DNA from: Candidatus Woesebacteria bacterium UBA1430 | Lineage (GTDB): Bacteria; Patescibacteriota; Microgenomatia; UBA8517 | NCBI GenBank assembly: GCA_002329465.1 | Contig: DCTW01000004.1 | Span: forward strand, 2,933 to 66,932 | Direction: 5' to 3' | Length of the DNA: 64,000 nucleotides | Shown: one piece after another, positions 35,043-45,177 of the stretch | Layout of the letters: every line of letters begins with the position of its first letter | Numbering within the stretch: the stretch's first letter is position 1 | Program-made: the position numbers and the translations under genes | Notes under the pieces: generated by a model | What the model saw: the letters and a program-made list of their open reading frames with translations, nothing else | What the model was told of the DNA's origin: nothing | Databases searched by the model: none

Positions 35043-35732
35043 ATGGCTATAACCCTCTTTACAAGCTTAACAAAAAACGACAAAACTGAGGCTGTAGATA
35101 GGCTAATTAAAGGCAGCACTCCAAGCCAGGACTTTTTTTTAATGATAGTCCTGTCAATATTAACAGCCACATTCGGCCTACTTCAAAATAACGTTTCCGT
35201 AATAATCGGAAGCATGCTGATAGCCCCAATACTCTACCCCATTCTCTCCCTATCTCTGGGTATTACAATTGCCGATTTCAAACTGATCTCAAGATCATTC
35301 TGGACATTAGTTAAATCCATAGCACTTGCCATAACAGTAGCGAATATATCAACGCTCCTCTTCTCAACACAGTTTACAAGCATCACACAAGAAATCGTCT
35401 CCAGAGCGCATCCGACTCTCTCTTATGCAATCATTGCTCTTATTGTAGGCTTTGCCGGATCTTTTGCTTTAGTAAAACCCCAACTAAACGAAACACTCCC
35501 TGGTATAGCAATTTCTGTAGCAATAATTCCTCCTCTGGCAACTACCGGCATAGGTATAGCTAAATTCAACTGGGACTTAATAAGCGGATCTTTTCTTTTG
35601 TTTCTTGTAAACACAACAGGCGTTATATTTGCAAGCATGATTACATTCTCGCTAATGAACTTCTATACCGAAAAAAGCGAAGCCAAAAAAACAGTAAAAG
35701 CAGAAGATAATAAAATCAAAAATACTAGATGA
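35043..35732 (+). CDS. DUF389-like integral membrane protein
   Basis: Six or more TM segments, and the pattern IIGSMLIAPILYPILSLSLG resembles the DUF389/TIGR00341 family. Confidence 0.55.
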   Translation: MAITLFTSLTKNDKTEAVDRLIKGSTPSQDFFLMIVLSILTATFGLLQNNVSVIIGSMLIAPILYPILSLSLGITIADFKLISRSFWTLVKSIALAITVANISTLLFSTQFTSITQEIVSRAHPTLSYAIIALIVGFAGSFALVKPQLNETLPGIAISVAIIPPLATTGIGIAKFNWDLISGSFLLFLVNTTGVIFASMITFSLMNFYTEKSEAKKTVKAEDNKIKNTR

Positions 35733-36226
35733 TAAATGCCCAAAAAAAAGAGTCTTATATAAGAAACTTTGTTTTCGGGGTAGAAGATAGCTTAGTCTCA
35801 ACGCTAGGATTACTCTCTGGTGTAGCAACGGCAGGTCTACATAAAAACGAAATTTTCTTAACAGGTGTTGTTTTAATATTCGTAGAAGCAACTTCAATGG
35901 GCATAGGAAGCTATCTGTCACAAGATATTTCTGAAGATTTCCTCAAAACAAAAAATTCTCAAAAAAGCTCCGTACAAGGAGCAATTATTATGCTTCTTGC
36001 GTATTTTTTTTCAGGATTCATTCCACTCATTCCGTATCTGGTCTTTAATCCGTCAAAAGCGCTCCTAATTTCAATAGCCGTATCCTTAACCAGCCTTTTT
36101 TCTCTTGGGTTAATAAGCGCCAAGTTTCTAAAAATCAATTCTCTTAAACACGCAATAAAAATGTTTCTTCTCGGCGGAACAGCCGTATTAATTGGAATAA
36201 CTGTAGGTAAAATATTCAAATATTAA
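35729..36226 (+). CDS. VIT1/CCC1-family iron/manganese transporter (short form)
   Basis: FVFGVEDSLVSTLGLLSGVA and the C-terminal TM block resemble the VIT family. Overlaps the upstream gene by 4 nt. Confidence 0.65.
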   Translation: MINAQKKESYIRNFVFGVEDSLVSTLGLLSGVATAGLHKNEIFLTGVVLIFVEATSMGIGSYLSQDISEDFLKTKNSQKSSVQGAIIMLLAYFFSGFIPLIPYLVFNPSKALLISIAVSLTSLFSLGLISAKFLKINSLKHAIKMFLLGGTAVLIGITVGKIFKY

Positions 36227-36639
36227 CGCTTTGGAGACTGCTTTTTTCTTCTCGCCTTCCCTCCTGTGCCCACCATTCTTCTTTGCCTTATACGCGCATC
36301 GCGGCTTAAAAGCCCCTGCTTTTTAAGTAGAGGCTTATACTTTTCAGTATCAAGCTTACTAAATGCGCGGGAAATAGCAAGAACAAGTGCGTCAAGCTGC
36401 CCCTTTTTCCCACCACCAACTATTTTTGCACTAATATAATATTTTCCTAAAGTCCCGGTAGCCTCAAAAGGTCTAAGCCAAGCCTTTCTCATAACCTCAC
36501 CTGGAAAATACTTACCAATTACCTCTCCGTTTACAACGCTTTCTTTATCTCCCTTAAATAAGCGCACCCTACAAGAAGCAGATCTTCTTCTCCCAACGGC
36601 GTAAACATAGTTCCTTTTGGTTTTTCCCTTAGCTGGCAT
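36223..36639 (-). CDS. rpsI: 30S ribosomal protein S9
   Basis: YVYAVGRRRSASCRVRLF ... ends KKQSPKR. The start is taken at ATG 36639, because the ORF-track start at 36693 lies inside rplM. Confidence 0.92.
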   Translation of the reverse strand: MPAKGKTKRNYVYAVGRRRSASCRVRLFKGDKESVVNGEVIGKYFPGEVMRKAWLRPFEATGTLGKYYISAKIVGGGKKGQLDALVLAISRAFSKLDTEKYKPLLKKQGLLSRDARIRQRRMVGTGGKARRKKQSPKR

Positions 36640-37069
36640 TGTTTTTCTCCCCCTTTCCAAATTTTTCTTTATAAACATGCTCACTTCCAGCAAACACCTT
36701 TAATCTGCCCATACGAACGCTCTGAAGCCTATTTTTAGGAAGCATGCGGGATACAGCAAGTTCAATTATTCTCTCAGGCCGCTCTTTTTTTAACTTTGCG
36801 TACGAAACTTCTTTAAATCCTCCCGGATATCCCGAATGTTTGTAATAAATCTTTTGGGATTCTTTCCTTCCTGTAACTTTGATATCCTTTGAATTAATTA
36901 CCACCACCCAATCACCCATATCAATATGGTTCGCATAGACTCTCTTATGCTTACCCATAAGAAGATTCGCCACACGCGTTGCAAGTCTGCCAAGAACTAC
37001 ATCTTTAGCATCTATCAAGTGCCACTTACGAACAACATCTTTACTTTTTGGCTGGTACGTCTTTTTCAT
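36629..37069 (-). CDS. rplM: 50S ribosomal protein L13
   Basis: KWHLIDAKDVVLGRLATRVANLLMGKHK signature, upstream of rpsI. Confidence 0.93.
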   Translation of the reverse strand: MKKTYQPKSKDVVRKWHLIDAKDVVLGRLATRVANLLMGKHKRVYANHIDMGDWVVVINSKDIKVTGRKESQKIYYKHSGYPGGFKEVSYAKLKKERPERIIELAVSRMLPKNRLQSVRMGRLKVFAGSEHVYKEKFGKGEKNNAS

Positions 37070-37484
37070 CCTTTCCTTTCTTTATACTCTTTTTAACCCT
37101 CTTTTTTTTCTCACTCTCTAAAGAGCCTACGCTCCTTGACCACTCAAGCATCGCCATTTCGGCATTATCACCGCTTCTGGAAGACAGGTGGGTAAGTTTC
37201 GTAAACCCAGACACTTTGTCTTTCATAAACTTGCTCACCTTATAAAGCTCGTCTGTTGTAAACCTGTCGTTTCCCAATCTTGAATAAACCGACCTCCTGG
37301 AAGAAACCGTCTCTTGCTTTAAAAGGCCAATCATTTTATCCACTTCGGGCTGAACCGCCTTGGCCTTTGCCAAAGTAGTCTTAATTCTTCCGTTTTTTGC
37401 CAAAGAACGGATTAAAGATCTAAAAAGCGCCGTTCTTGATCTTCGTGATCTATTTAGCTTTCTTCCGTAAACCCTCTTACGCAT
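37041..37484 (-). CDS. rplQ: 50S ribosomal protein L17
   Basis: RKLNRSRRSRTALFRSLIRSLAKNGRIKTT, following rpoA. Confidence 0.92.
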   Translation of the reverse strand: MRKRVYGRKLNRSRRSRTALFRSLIRSLAKNGRIKTTLAKAKAVQPEVDKMIGLLKQETVSSRRSVYSRLGNDRFTTDELYKVSKFMKDKVSGFTKLTHLSSRSGDNAEMAMLEWSRSVGSLESEKKKRVKKSIKKGKDEKDVPAKK

Positions 37485-38391
37485 TAAACTCTACTCCCTT
37501 CTCCTTTAAAGCAGCGTTAATTATCTTTATCGACTTATCACCAAGATTTCTAACCTTCGTCAATTCAGACGGATCTGCCTTTACAAGCTTTTCTACAGTT
37601 TCATAACCAGCTTTACTCAAAGCGTTGGCTACACGAGTAGGAAGGCCTATCTCCTCAACCGAAAGCTTACCTACCATTCCAAGTCCGTCATCTTTTATCT
37701 CGCTCTCTTTTTTCTCTACCTTTTTAGGATTAACAATCTGATTAAAATAAGCAACCAATATCTCGGCAGCCGAACGTAAAGCAAACTCAGGCTCTATTGT
37801 TCCATCAGTCCAAATCTCAACAGTCAACTTATCATAGTTAGTTACCCTACCCACACGGGTTTCTTCAACTTTATAGCTCACGCGCAAAACAGGGGAAAAA
37901 CTGGCATCCAAAGGTATTATTCCAATAGCTTTATCCTCATCTCGTTCATCAGCCGAAAGATATCCGACACCGCTTTTAATCTCCATCTCAACGTCAAGCT
38001 TAGCGCCCTTTGAAAGATTAGCCAAAACAAGATCCGGATTTGCTATCTTCGCATCTCCAGAAATTTTAATATCCGAAGCTTTTACCTCACCCGCATCTCT
38101 TGCGCTTAATGTCGCCTTTAAAGGCTTATCTCCGTCATAAGAAACACTCACCCTTTTAAGATTCAATAAAAAATCCAAAACATCCTCTTTCATTCCCTTA
38201 AGAGTAGAAAACTGATGCTTAACTCCTGAAATCTTTACATTTGTAATTGCAGCTCCTTTTAAGCTGGATAAAAGCACTCTTCTTAAAGAGTTCCCCAATG
38301 TATATCCATAGCCTTCTTTCAAAGGGCTCAAAACAAACTTTGCGTAGTTTTCTTGGCTTTTTTCTTCTTTAATCTCAAACAATGGCTCCAT
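37477..38391 (-). CDS. rpoA: DNA-directed RNA polymerase subunit alpha
   Basis: NTD (GYGYTLGNSLRRVLLSSL) and CTD (LSVEEIGLPTRVANALSKAGYETVEKL). Confidence 0.95.
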   Translation of the reverse strand: MEPLFEIKEEKSQENYAKFVLSPLKEGYGYTLGNSLRRVLLSSLKGAAITNVKISGVKHQFSTLKGMKEDVLDFLLNLKRVSVSYDGDKPLKATLSARDAGEVKASDIKISGDAKIANPDLVLANLSKGAKLDVEMEIKSGVGYLSADERDEDKAIGIIPLDASFSPVLRVSYKVEETRVGRVTNYDKLTVEIWTDGTIEPEFALRSAAEILVAYFNQIVNPKKVEKKESEIKDDGLGMVGKLSVEEIGLPTRVANALSKAGYETVEKLVKADPSELTKVRNLGDKSIKIINAALKEKGVEFNA

Positions 38392-38415
38392 TATGCGTCA
38401 CCTCCTCGCTCAATT

Positions 38416-39018
38416 TTATCTGGAATAAAACTCAATTATATCTGCCTCATTAAAAGGCTCATTAACATCATCTCTAACAGGTTCACGATCAATCTTGCCC
38501 GCGGCTCCTTTTTTCTTTAACCAACCGGGAATCTTTAAATCCTTCTCCTTCAAAAGCTTGGCAACCGACGGTATTTCAATAGCCTTCGAAGAAAGGGCTA
38601 TTGTATCACCTTTTTTAACCAAATACGACGGGATATTTACTTTCTTGCCGTTTACCAATACGTGTCTGTGGCTTACAAGCTGTCTGGCCTGCGCTCTTGT
38701 ATTTGCAAACCCCAATCTGGCAACAACGTTATCAAGTCTTTTTTCCAATATCGAAAACAATGCATCCGAAGTATTACCCTTTGTTTTCAAAGCTTGAGCC
38801 ATATATCTTTTAAACTGTCTCTCATAAAGGCCGTAAAATCTCTTTACTTTTTGCTTTTCCCTAAGCTGTCTTCCATATTGGGAAGCAGCTCTACGAGTAC
38901 CCTTCGGGCCGTGCACGCCTGGTGTAACATTTACGCGGGTAAGCTTAGAACCTTTTGAAAAAAGATCAAAACCCTCTCTTCTTGATAATCTGTCTTTAGG
39001 ACCCGTGTACCTTCCCAT
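38416..39018 (-). CDS. rpsD: 30S ribosomal protein S4
   Basis: MGRYTGPKDRLSRREG ... and an S4 RNA-binding domain (RLDNVVARLGFANTRAQARQLVSHRHV). Confidence 0.95.
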   Translation of the reverse strand: MGRYTGPKDRLSRREGFDLFSKGSKLTRVNVTPGVHGPKGTRRAASQYGRQLREKQKVKRFYGLYERQFKRYMAQALKTKGNTSDALFSILEKRLDNVVARLGFANTRAQARQLVSHRHVLVNGKKVNIPSYLVKKGDTIALSSKAIEIPSVAKLLKEKDLKIPGWLKKKGAAGKIDREPVRDDVNEPFNEADIIEFYSR

Positions 39019-39021
39019 GTT

Positions 39022-39402
39022 TTAAACCCTCCTTTTCTTCTTTGGCCTCGGCCCATCATGGGGCATAGGTGTAACATCAGCAATCATATTAATCTTAATT
39101 CCCGCAGCCTTTATTGCCCTTAGGGAAGCCTCTCTTCCCGGACCAGGCCCTTTTATATAAACATCCGCATCACTCATACCGTATTCTTCAACTGCTTTTC
39201 GAACCACCTGCTCAACCGCCAAAGTAGCTGCATAAGGAGTTGCCTTTCTCGTGCCTTTAAAACCACTCTTTCCCGAAGAACCCCAACAAATAGCAGCACC
39301 TTCTTCGTCTGTTATTGTTATCAGAGTATTATTAAAACTTGCGGAAATATAAATTTTTCCGGTTTTAACTACTTTTGTTCCCCCTTTTTTTGATTTAGCC
39401 AT
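39022..39402 (-). CDS. rpsK: 30S ribosomal protein S11
   Basis: GKIYISASFNNTLITITDEEG ... PHDGPRPKKKRRV. The start is taken at ATG 39402, because the ORF-track extension overlaps rpsM. Confidence 0.93.
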   Translation of the reverse strand: MAKSKKGGTKVVKTGKIYISASFNNTLITITDEEGAAICWGSSGKSGFKGTRKATPYAATLAVEQVVRKAVEEYGMSDADVYIKGPGPGREASLRAIKAAGIKINMIADVTPMPHDGPRPKKKRRV

Positions 39403-39403
39403 T

Positions 39404-39811
39404 TTACTTTTCCTCCTTCTTGGTCGGACCCATCTTTGCAAGAGCCTCTTTCTTAAATGCACCCACTGTTCTTCTCTTCCCCCTCTTAGTTCTCGCATTA
39501 GATTTCGTCCTCTGCCCTCTAGCCGGCAAACCCTGTGTGTGTCTTATTCCCCGATAGCTTCCAATAGATTTTAATCTCTGAATATCCTCCCTTACCTTTC
39601 TTAACAAATCTCCCTCAACAGCATATTCTTCAAGCTTACCTGCAATCCTGGTCAAATCTTCGTTTGAAAGATCCTTCACACGAAGACTCGGATCAAGCTT
39701 AAGCGAACTTACAACCTCATCCGATCTGCTCCAGCCTATTCCTTTAATTTTTGTAAGGGCGAAACCCACTCTCCAACTGTCCTGTAAATCTATTCCTGCA
39801 ATTCTAGCCAT
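39404..39811 (-). CDS. rpsM: 30S ribosomal protein S13
   Basis: MARIAGIDL ... GSYRGIRHTQGLPARGQRTKSNART. Confidence 0.95.
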   Translation of the reverse strand: MARIAGIDLQDSWRVGFALTKIKGIGWSRSDEVVSSLKLDPSLRVKDLSNEDLTRIAGKLEEYAVEGDLLRKVREDIQRLKSIGSYRGIRHTQGLPARGQRTKSNARTKRGKRRTVGAFKKEALAKMGPTKKEEK

Positions 39812-39813
39812 TT

Positions 39814-39927
39814 TTATCCTTGACGTTGTTTATGCTTGGGGTTTGTACAAATAACATACAAAACACCCTTTCTTTTTACTATTTTGCAATTATTGCATAT
39901 TTTCTTTATAGATGATCTAACTTTCAT
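39814..39927 (-). CDS. rpmJ: 50S ribosomal protein L36
   Basis: Too short for the ORF track. My translation is [37 protein letters not shown] (37 aa). The ATG overlaps the infA stop (ATGA). Confidence 0.9.
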   Translation of the reverse strand: MKVRSSIKKICNNCKIVKRKGVLYVICTNPKHKQRQG

Positions 39928-40154
39928 GAATCCTCCTTTTTTCCAAGCTTATAAACAATTCTTCCCCTGTTCTCATCATATGGAGTTACCTCAACCTTTA
40001 CCTTATCTCCGGGCATAACTCGCATAAAACCTCTCCTCATCTTTCCTGAAGGCACGGCCAATATCAAACGCCCATCGTCAAGCTTAATTCTAAACATAGT
40101 ATTCGGCAAAAGCTCGGTTACTTCACCAATTAAAATTGTATTTTTTAATACCAT
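39924..40154 (-). CDS. infA: translation initiation factor IF-1
   Basis: 76 aa with an S1-like OB pattern ([25 protein letters not shown]...[17 protein letters not shown]). Confidence 0.93.
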   Translation of the reverse strand: MVLKNTILIGEVTELLPNTMFRIKLDDGRLILAVPSGKMRRGFMRVMPGDKVKVEVTPYDENRGRIVYKLGKKEDS

Positions 40155-40160
40155 AATTAT

Positions 40161-40916
40161 TTATTCAGTCAAAACAACATGACCGTTGCCATAAACGGCC
40201 ACGGTCTCTTCAAAAAGCGCTGATATTTTAGCATCTTTTGTGCTTATTGTCCAACCGTCACCCATTGTAACCAGCTCATCTCTGCCCATTGTATACATTA
40301 CCTCAACCGCCAAAGCCATACCCTCCTTAATCTCCACAAACTCATCCGGCGTCCCGGCCAAAATACAAGGTATCCTCGGGTCCTCATGCAAACGCCTACC
40401 TATTCCATGTCCGGTTAACGAACTAAGGGGAGTATAACCGAATGAAGTTATGGTTTTTTCAATTGCATAAGAAATGTCCCCTATCTTGCCACCCAATTTA
40501 ATTGAAGAAATTGCTCCCGAAAGAGCTGTTCTTCCCGCTTCTAAAAACTTCTCTTTCTCCAAATTATCACCTATCAATAAAGACACAGATGTATCTGTAT
40601 GAAACCCCTTATAAAAAATCCCAAGATCAATACTTACAACATCTCCGTCCCTAAAAATAACATCCTTTTTAGGAATCCCATGGACAACTCCCTCATTCAC
40701 ATTAACACATGTCGACCATTTATATCCCGGAACCATCTTAAAAGAAGGCTCACAGCCAAGCTTTTCTATATAATTTGTAGCAGCTTCTTCAATCTCATAA
40801 GCACTTACACCAGAGCGAACAAGGCTCGAAACCTCATGCTTCACCCTCGAAAGCTTTCTGCCACCCTCTCTCATAATATCTAATTCCTTTTTACTTTTTA
40901 TACTCAATTTATTCAT
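40161..40916 (-). CDS. map: methionine aminopeptidase type I
   Basis: GDVVSIDLG, HGIGRRLHE and FEETVAV metal-site contexts. Confidence 0.92.
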   Translation of the reverse strand: MNKLSIKSKKELDIMREGGRKLSRVKHEVSSLVRSGVSAYEIEEAATNYIEKLGCEPSFKMVPGYKWSTCVNVNEGVVHGIPKKDVIFRDGDVVSIDLGIFYKGFHTDTSVSLLIGDNLEKEKFLEAGRTALSGAISSIKLGGKIGDISYAIEKTITSFGYTPLSSLTGHGIGRRLHEDPRIPCILAGTPDEFVEIKEGMALAVEVMYTMGRDELVTMGDGWTISTKDAKISALFEETVAVYGNGHVVLTE

Positions 40917-41556
40917 TTTTAACCTTTTCTATAGCATTTTTAATATCCAAAAAAATCTCTTCAATCGGACGTTCTCCATCAATTTCGATCAAAATCCCAT
41001 CTTTTTCTATCTCCGAAATAAGTGGTTTGGTTTCTCTTTTAAACAAACTAAGCCTCTTTTTAATAGTCTCCTTTTTATCATCGGCTCTTTGCACCAAACG
41101 CCCCCCGCATTTACATCTACCCGGATTACTCGGAGGATTAGTAATAAGATTATAAACAGTTCCACACTTAACACAGGTTCTTCTGGCAGAAAGCCTTTTA
41201 ACCGTCTCCTCCTCGCTTATATTAATATAAACAACAAGATCAATCCTCTGATTAATCTTGGATAACCACCTCTTCAAAATCGAATATTGGCTTTTGGTTC
41301 TAGGGAACCCGTCAAAAACTTTCCGTTTTTTTAGAGAATTATTTGCCTTCAAATCTTGAGCAATCAAATTAAGCGTATTCTCATCAGGATAAAGCTCACC
41401 CTTTTTGTAAATAAGCTCGTAAACTCCACTATCCCTCTGCGCTAATTCTCGCAAAAGTTTTCCGCTTTCAATATGATAAAATCCCATTCGTTCAGACAAA
41501 AGATCAGCCTGTGTTCCTTTTCCCGAGCCCTGAGGCCCCATTATTATTAAATTCAT
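40909..41556 (-). CDS. adk: adenylate kinase (Cys4 lid)
   Basis: P-loop [10 protein letters not shown]. The lid contains CVKCG...CKCGG. Confidence 0.93.
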   Translation of the reverse strand: MNLIIMGPQGSGKGTQADLLSERMGFYHIESGKLLRELAQRDSGVYELIYKKGELYPDENTLNLIAQDLKANNSLKKRKVFDGFPRTKSQYSILKRWLSKINQRIDLVVYINISEEETVKRLSARRTCVKCGTVYNLITNPPSNPGRCKCGGRLVQRADDKKETIKKRLSLFKRETKPLISEIEKDGILIEIDGERPIEEIFLDIKNAIEKVKNE

Positions 41557-42842
41557 TTTCTTAATATTCCCTCATATTTGCGCATCACAAGCTGAGCTTC
41601 AAGATCTCGAGTCACCTCAAGTACCACAGAAACAACAATAAGTATCCCTGTGCCTCCGATAACAAGATTCGATATTCCTAAAAAAGCTTGCATCAAAGAA
41701 GGTAGAATGGCCACAAGTCCCAAAAACACGGCACCAACCAAAGTAATTCTATTAAGCACGTAGTTCAAATATTTGACAGTATGGCTTCCTGGCCTTATTC
41801 CCGGAATAAACGCGCCATTTTTTTGTAAATTTTCCGAAATTTTTTCTGGGTTAAAAACTACCGAAGTATAAAAATAAGTAAAACCAACAACCAAAAGAAA
41901 ATAAAACGCATTATACAAAAAAGATTGCGGATCAAAAAGCGTAACCAGTCGATTTGCAAAACTTGAAACACCCGGATTTTCTACCGCACCTAAAAATTGC
42001 CCTAACATAGAAGGTATTAAAACTAAAGAAACCGCAAAAATAATCGGTATTACCCCGGCTTGATTAACACGCAAGGGAATATAGGTTGAATTAATACCGC
42101 TAACAACCCGTCTCGACTGCCTGGCATAATTTATAGGAATCTTTCTTGTAGCCTCATTTACAAAAACAATAAGAGCTATTGTAACTACAGAAAGTGCGGC
42201 AAAAATCAATAAACTAAATAAATTCTGGGATTGGTAAGTAGAAAAAGATCTACCCACAGAAACCGGAAGCCTGGCAACTATGCCCGCAAATATCAAAAAA
42301 GATACCCCGTTCCCAACACCGTACTCTGTAATAAGCTCGCCCATCCAAATAGCAAGCATCGTGCCCGCCACCATGGTAACAACGAGCGCAACCAAGGAAA
42401 GAGCAGAAAGCCCCTGAATTACCCCCTGGCTTTTAAGAAGCATGTACATTCCAAATGCCTGAAAAACCGAAAGCGGAATCGTAATAAATCTTGTGTATTG
42501 ATTAATCTTTTCCTGCCCAAACTCACCCTCCTTTGAAAGCTCTTCAAATCGAGGCACCACAAAAGTAAGCAATTGCATAATAATCGACGCATTAATATAA
42601 GGCGTAAGACCCAAAGCCATTATTGAAAAATTAGCAAGCGTTCCTCCAGAAAATACATCTAATAGAGAAAGCAAAGCACTTCCCCCAAAAAGAATCCTCA
42701 GAGAAGTCCTATCTATCCCGGCAGCAGGAATATGAGCTGCAAATCTAAAAAAAACAAGAACCACCGCAGTAATCAATATCTTTTTCCTTACTGCGGGAGA
42801 CTTAATGCTTTTAGAAAAAAAGTCTGTAATTTTTGATATCAT
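41553..42842 (-). CDS. secY: preprotein translocase subunit SecY
   Basis: Ten-TM protein located between rplO and adk, with a conserved [15 protein letters not shown]-type segment ([15 protein letters not shown]). Confidence 0.95.
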   Translation of the reverse strand: MISKITDFFSKSIKSPAVRKKILITAVVLVFFRFAAHIPAAGIDRTSLRILFGGSALLSLLDVFSGGTLANFSIMALGLTPYINASIIMQLLTFVVPRFEELSKEGEFGQEKINQYTRFITIPLSVFQAFGMYMLLKSQGVIQGLSALSLVALVVTMVAGTMLAIWMGELITEYGVGNGVSFLIFAGIVARLPVSVGRSFSTYQSQNLFSLLIFAALSVVTIALIVFVNEATRKIPINYARQSRRVVSGINSTYIPLRVNQAGVIPIIFAVSLVLIPSMLGQFLGAVENPGVSSFANRLVTLFDPQSFLYNAFYFLLVVGFTYFYTSVVFNPEKISENLQKNGAFIPGIRPGSHTVKYLNYVLNRITLVGAVFLGLVAILPSLMQAFLGISNLVIGGTGILIVVSVVLEVTRDLEAQLVMRKYEGILRK

Positions 42843-43276
42843 TTAACGCTTCCCCCAGCCTGCTTTATTATTTCAACAGCACGCTTCGAAGCCGGCAATT
42901 CCAAAATAAATTTCTTTTCAAGCTTATCCCCTCCGGCTAATATCTTAACCCCGCCTTTCCCGATCTTCTTCTCATCAACAAGTTTTGCATCAGATAAAGC
43001 TTTTATGCTTAAAGTAGTTCCGCTTTTCAATTTGTTAAGCTCACCGGTCTTAATAACAACAGGTTTATCTTTTGCTTTGAATTTACCTTTCCCCCTGGAA
43101 ATGGGAAGCCTCCTTAATAAAGATTTTTTGACCTTTACCCCCTCAAAAAGAATGCCTATCTTCCCTCTGGATTTCTGTCCCTTGGTTCCACGGCCACTGG
43201 TATGCCCGCCTTTTCCGCTTCCGTAACCCTTCCCCCTTCTTTTTTTGCTTTTATTCACTATTTTTGGCAAATCCAT
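42839..43276 (-). CDS. rplO: 50S ribosomal protein L15
   Basis: [25 protein letters not shown]. Confidence 0.93.
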   Translation of the reverse strand: MDLPKIVNKSKKRRGKGYGSGKGGHTSGRGTKGQKSRGKIGILFEGVKVKKSLLRRLPISRGKGKFKAKDKPVVIKTGELNKLKSGTTLSIKALSDAKLVDEKKIGKGGVKILAGGDKLEKKFILELPASKRAVEIIKQAGGSVK

Positions 43277-43279
43277 TCT

Positions 43280-43732
43280 TCACTTCTCCTCCCTTCTTTT
43301 TGACAATCTGGACAAATCTTTCAATGCCTCAAGTGTCGCATTTACATTAGCGTTCTTGTTTTTTGTTCCCAAAATTTTCCCCGAAGCATTCAAAATTCCT
43401 GCCGACTCCAAAACCACTCTCATCGGCCCACCAGCAATTATTCCGCTTCCGGGAGGAGCCGGGCGAAGAATAATATGTGCCGCACCAAATTTTTTTTCTA
43501 TTTCAAAAGGGATGGTCTTACCCCTAATCGGAACCTCAAACATGTGCTTTCTTGCATAAGAAAAGGCTTTTTGTATTGCCCCTCTCACATCCAAGGCTTT
43601 AGAATGCCCTGCACCTACTTTTCCCTTTTTATCACCAACCACCACCAAAGCGTTAAAACGAATCGTATTCCCGCCTTTTGTTTTCTTTGATATGCGATTA
43701 ATCTCAACTACTTTTTCGTCAAATTCATCCAT
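43280..43732 (-). CDS. rpsE: 30S ribosomal protein S5
   Basis: VVEINRISKKTKGGNTIRFNALVVVGDKKGKVGAGHSKA ... The next gene, rplO, starts 3 nt downstream, which leaves no room for rpmD. Confidence 0.94.
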   Translation of the reverse strand: MDEFDEKVVEINRISKKTKGGNTIRFNALVVVGDKKGKVGAGHSKALDVRGAIQKAFSYARKHMFEVPIRGKTIPFEIEKKFGAAHIILRPAPPGSGIIAGGPMRVVLESAGILNASGKILGTKNKNANVNATLEALKDLSRLSKRREEK

Positions 43733-44046
43733 TATAATTTAACCCCTCCTTCCCTCAACGTCTCTGCAATTTTTTTAACATTTCCATGATATTTGTATCC
43801 GCCCCTATCAAAAACAGCCTGCTTTATCTTCTTTTTTAACATAAGCTCAAGCATTTTTTTACCTGTTTTCACAGGATCTTTGCCAAAAACATGCGCTAAG
43901 GTCTTACTCTTTTCATCATTTATTAATTGCAAATAGAAATACTTATTCGATCGAAAAATACTAATTCTGGGTCTATCCGAACTCCCCGATATTCTCGATC
44001 TTACTTTTCTTTTTCTTCTATATCTTTTTTCTAGCTTGCTTTTCAT
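43732..44046 (-). CDS. rplR: 50S ribosomal protein L18
   Basis: RPRISIFRSNKYFYLQLINDE ... VFDRGGYKYHGNVKKIAETLREGG. Confidence 0.93.
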   Translation of the reverse strand: MKSKLEKRYRRKRKVRSRISGSSDRPRISIFRSNKYFYLQLINDEKSKTLAHVFGKDPVKTGKKMLELMLKKKIKQAVFDRGGYKYHGNVKKIAETLREGGVKL

Positions 44047-44048
44047 AA

Positions 44049-44600
44049 TTAACCGGCTCCCGCCTTTGCTGCCTGCTTTCCAGGCTTTCTTCGAACAACT
44101 TCATCTATATATCTTATTCCAGTACCCTTATATGGTTCAGGTTTTCTAGCTGCCCTAATTTTAGCAGCAAAACCACCAACCAAGTCTTTGTCAATTCCTT
44201 CAAGATTAATTATCGACTTCTCAATCGTCACCTGAATTCCATCAGGAACCTCAAATTCAACAGGATGAGAGTAGCCCACAGTTAATACCAAAGTCTTTCC
44301 CCTCAATTCAACCCGATACCCGGCTCCCACTACCTCTAAAGACCTTTTCCACCCTTCAGTCACTCCATAAACCATATTCCTTATATGAGCCTTCACAGTG
44401 CCTTGCAGCGCATCAAAAAATTTCCCTTTCTTTCGTTTTTCAACAACTATACTATTGTTATCAATTATATTGACATCAACTCCATTCGGAATAGTTCGTG
44501 CAATACTTCCCCTTGGCCCACTAATCAAAATCTCAGAGCCGCTAATATCAACCTTAACGTTCTCTCCGAATTCAACTGGTAATCTACCAAATCTTCCCAT
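44049..44600 (-). CDS. rplF: 50S ribosomal protein L6
   Basis: MGRFGRLPVEFGENVKV ... GYSHPVEFEVP ... KGTGIRY. The start is taken at ATG 44600; the ORF-track start at 44627 would overlap rpsH. Confidence 0.92.
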   Translation of the reverse strand: MGRFGRLPVEFGENVKVDISGSEILISGPRGSIARTIPNGVDVNIIDNNSIVVEKRKKGKFFDALQGTVKAHIRNMVYGVTEGWKRSLEVVGAGYRVELRGKTLVLTVGYSHPVEFEVPDGIQVTIEKSIINLEGIDKDLVGGFAAKIRAARKPEPYKGTGIRYIDEVVRRKPGKQAAKAGAG

Positions 44601-44610
44601 TTTTTTAAAT

Positions 44611-44988
44611 TTACCAAACTTCCGCAATTACTTCGCCTCCCACCGCGGACTTTAACGCCTCTTTTGACGACATTACTCCTTTCGGCGTACTAATTATCAA
44701 AAAAGACGCCCCCTTTCTCTTGGAAAGCTCATCAAAATTAATATAAGTCCGAAGGCCGGGTCTAGAAACAAGTTTAAGATTAATAAGCACAGGCTCTTTT
44801 TTATGAAAAGCAAGAACTACCCGTAAAATATTATCCTTTTTTTTGACTTCTTCTAAATATCCAAGCTTTTTTAATACATTGGCAACAGATACAATAAAAT
44901 TGGTCGCAACCACCTCAACCTCACGGTTTCCGGACATTGCCGCATTTTTAATTTTTATCAAAAAATCTCCTATTGGATAATTTGTCAT
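44611..44988 (-). CDS. rpsH: 30S ribosomal protein S8
   Basis: PIGDFLIKIKNAAMSGNREV ... ISTPKGVMSSKEA...GGEVIAEVW. Confidence 0.94.
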   Translation of the reverse strand: MTNYPIGDFLIKIKNAAMSGNREVEVVATNFIVSVANVLKKLGYLEEVKKKDNILRVVLAFHKKEPVLINLKLVSRPGLRTYINFDELSKRKGASFLIISTPKGVMSSKEALKSAVGGEVIAEVW

Positions 44989-44989
44989 T

Positions 44990-45175
44990 TTACCAACTCG
45001 CTTTCTTTACCCCGGGAATTTCACCCTTATGAGCCAATTCTCTAAAACAAATCCTGCAAAGACCGAATTTTCTCATATATCCGCGCGAACGTCCACATTT
45101 TCGACATCTATTTGTATATCTTGTCTTATATTTTAATTTTTTTGTCTCTCTTACGACTTTTGATTTCTTTGCCAT
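44990..45175 (-). CDS. rpsN: 30S ribosomal protein S14 (short zinc-ribbon type)
   Basis: 61 aa, with [38 protein letters not shown]. Confidence 0.94.
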   Translation of the reverse strand: MAKKSKVVRETKKLKYKTRYTNRCRKCGRSRGYMRKFGLCRICFRELAHKGEIPGVKKASW

Positions 45176-45177
45176 AT

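Noticed and set aside
39403-39498. N-terminal extensions in the ORF track for rpsK. The same applies to rplN (46425-46541), rpsI (36640-36693), tuf (53122-53157), rplD, rplF, miaA (27216-27350), recX and DUF3048.
   Set aside because: The extensions overlap the upstream gene and are not family-like. Internal ATGs give canonical N-termini.
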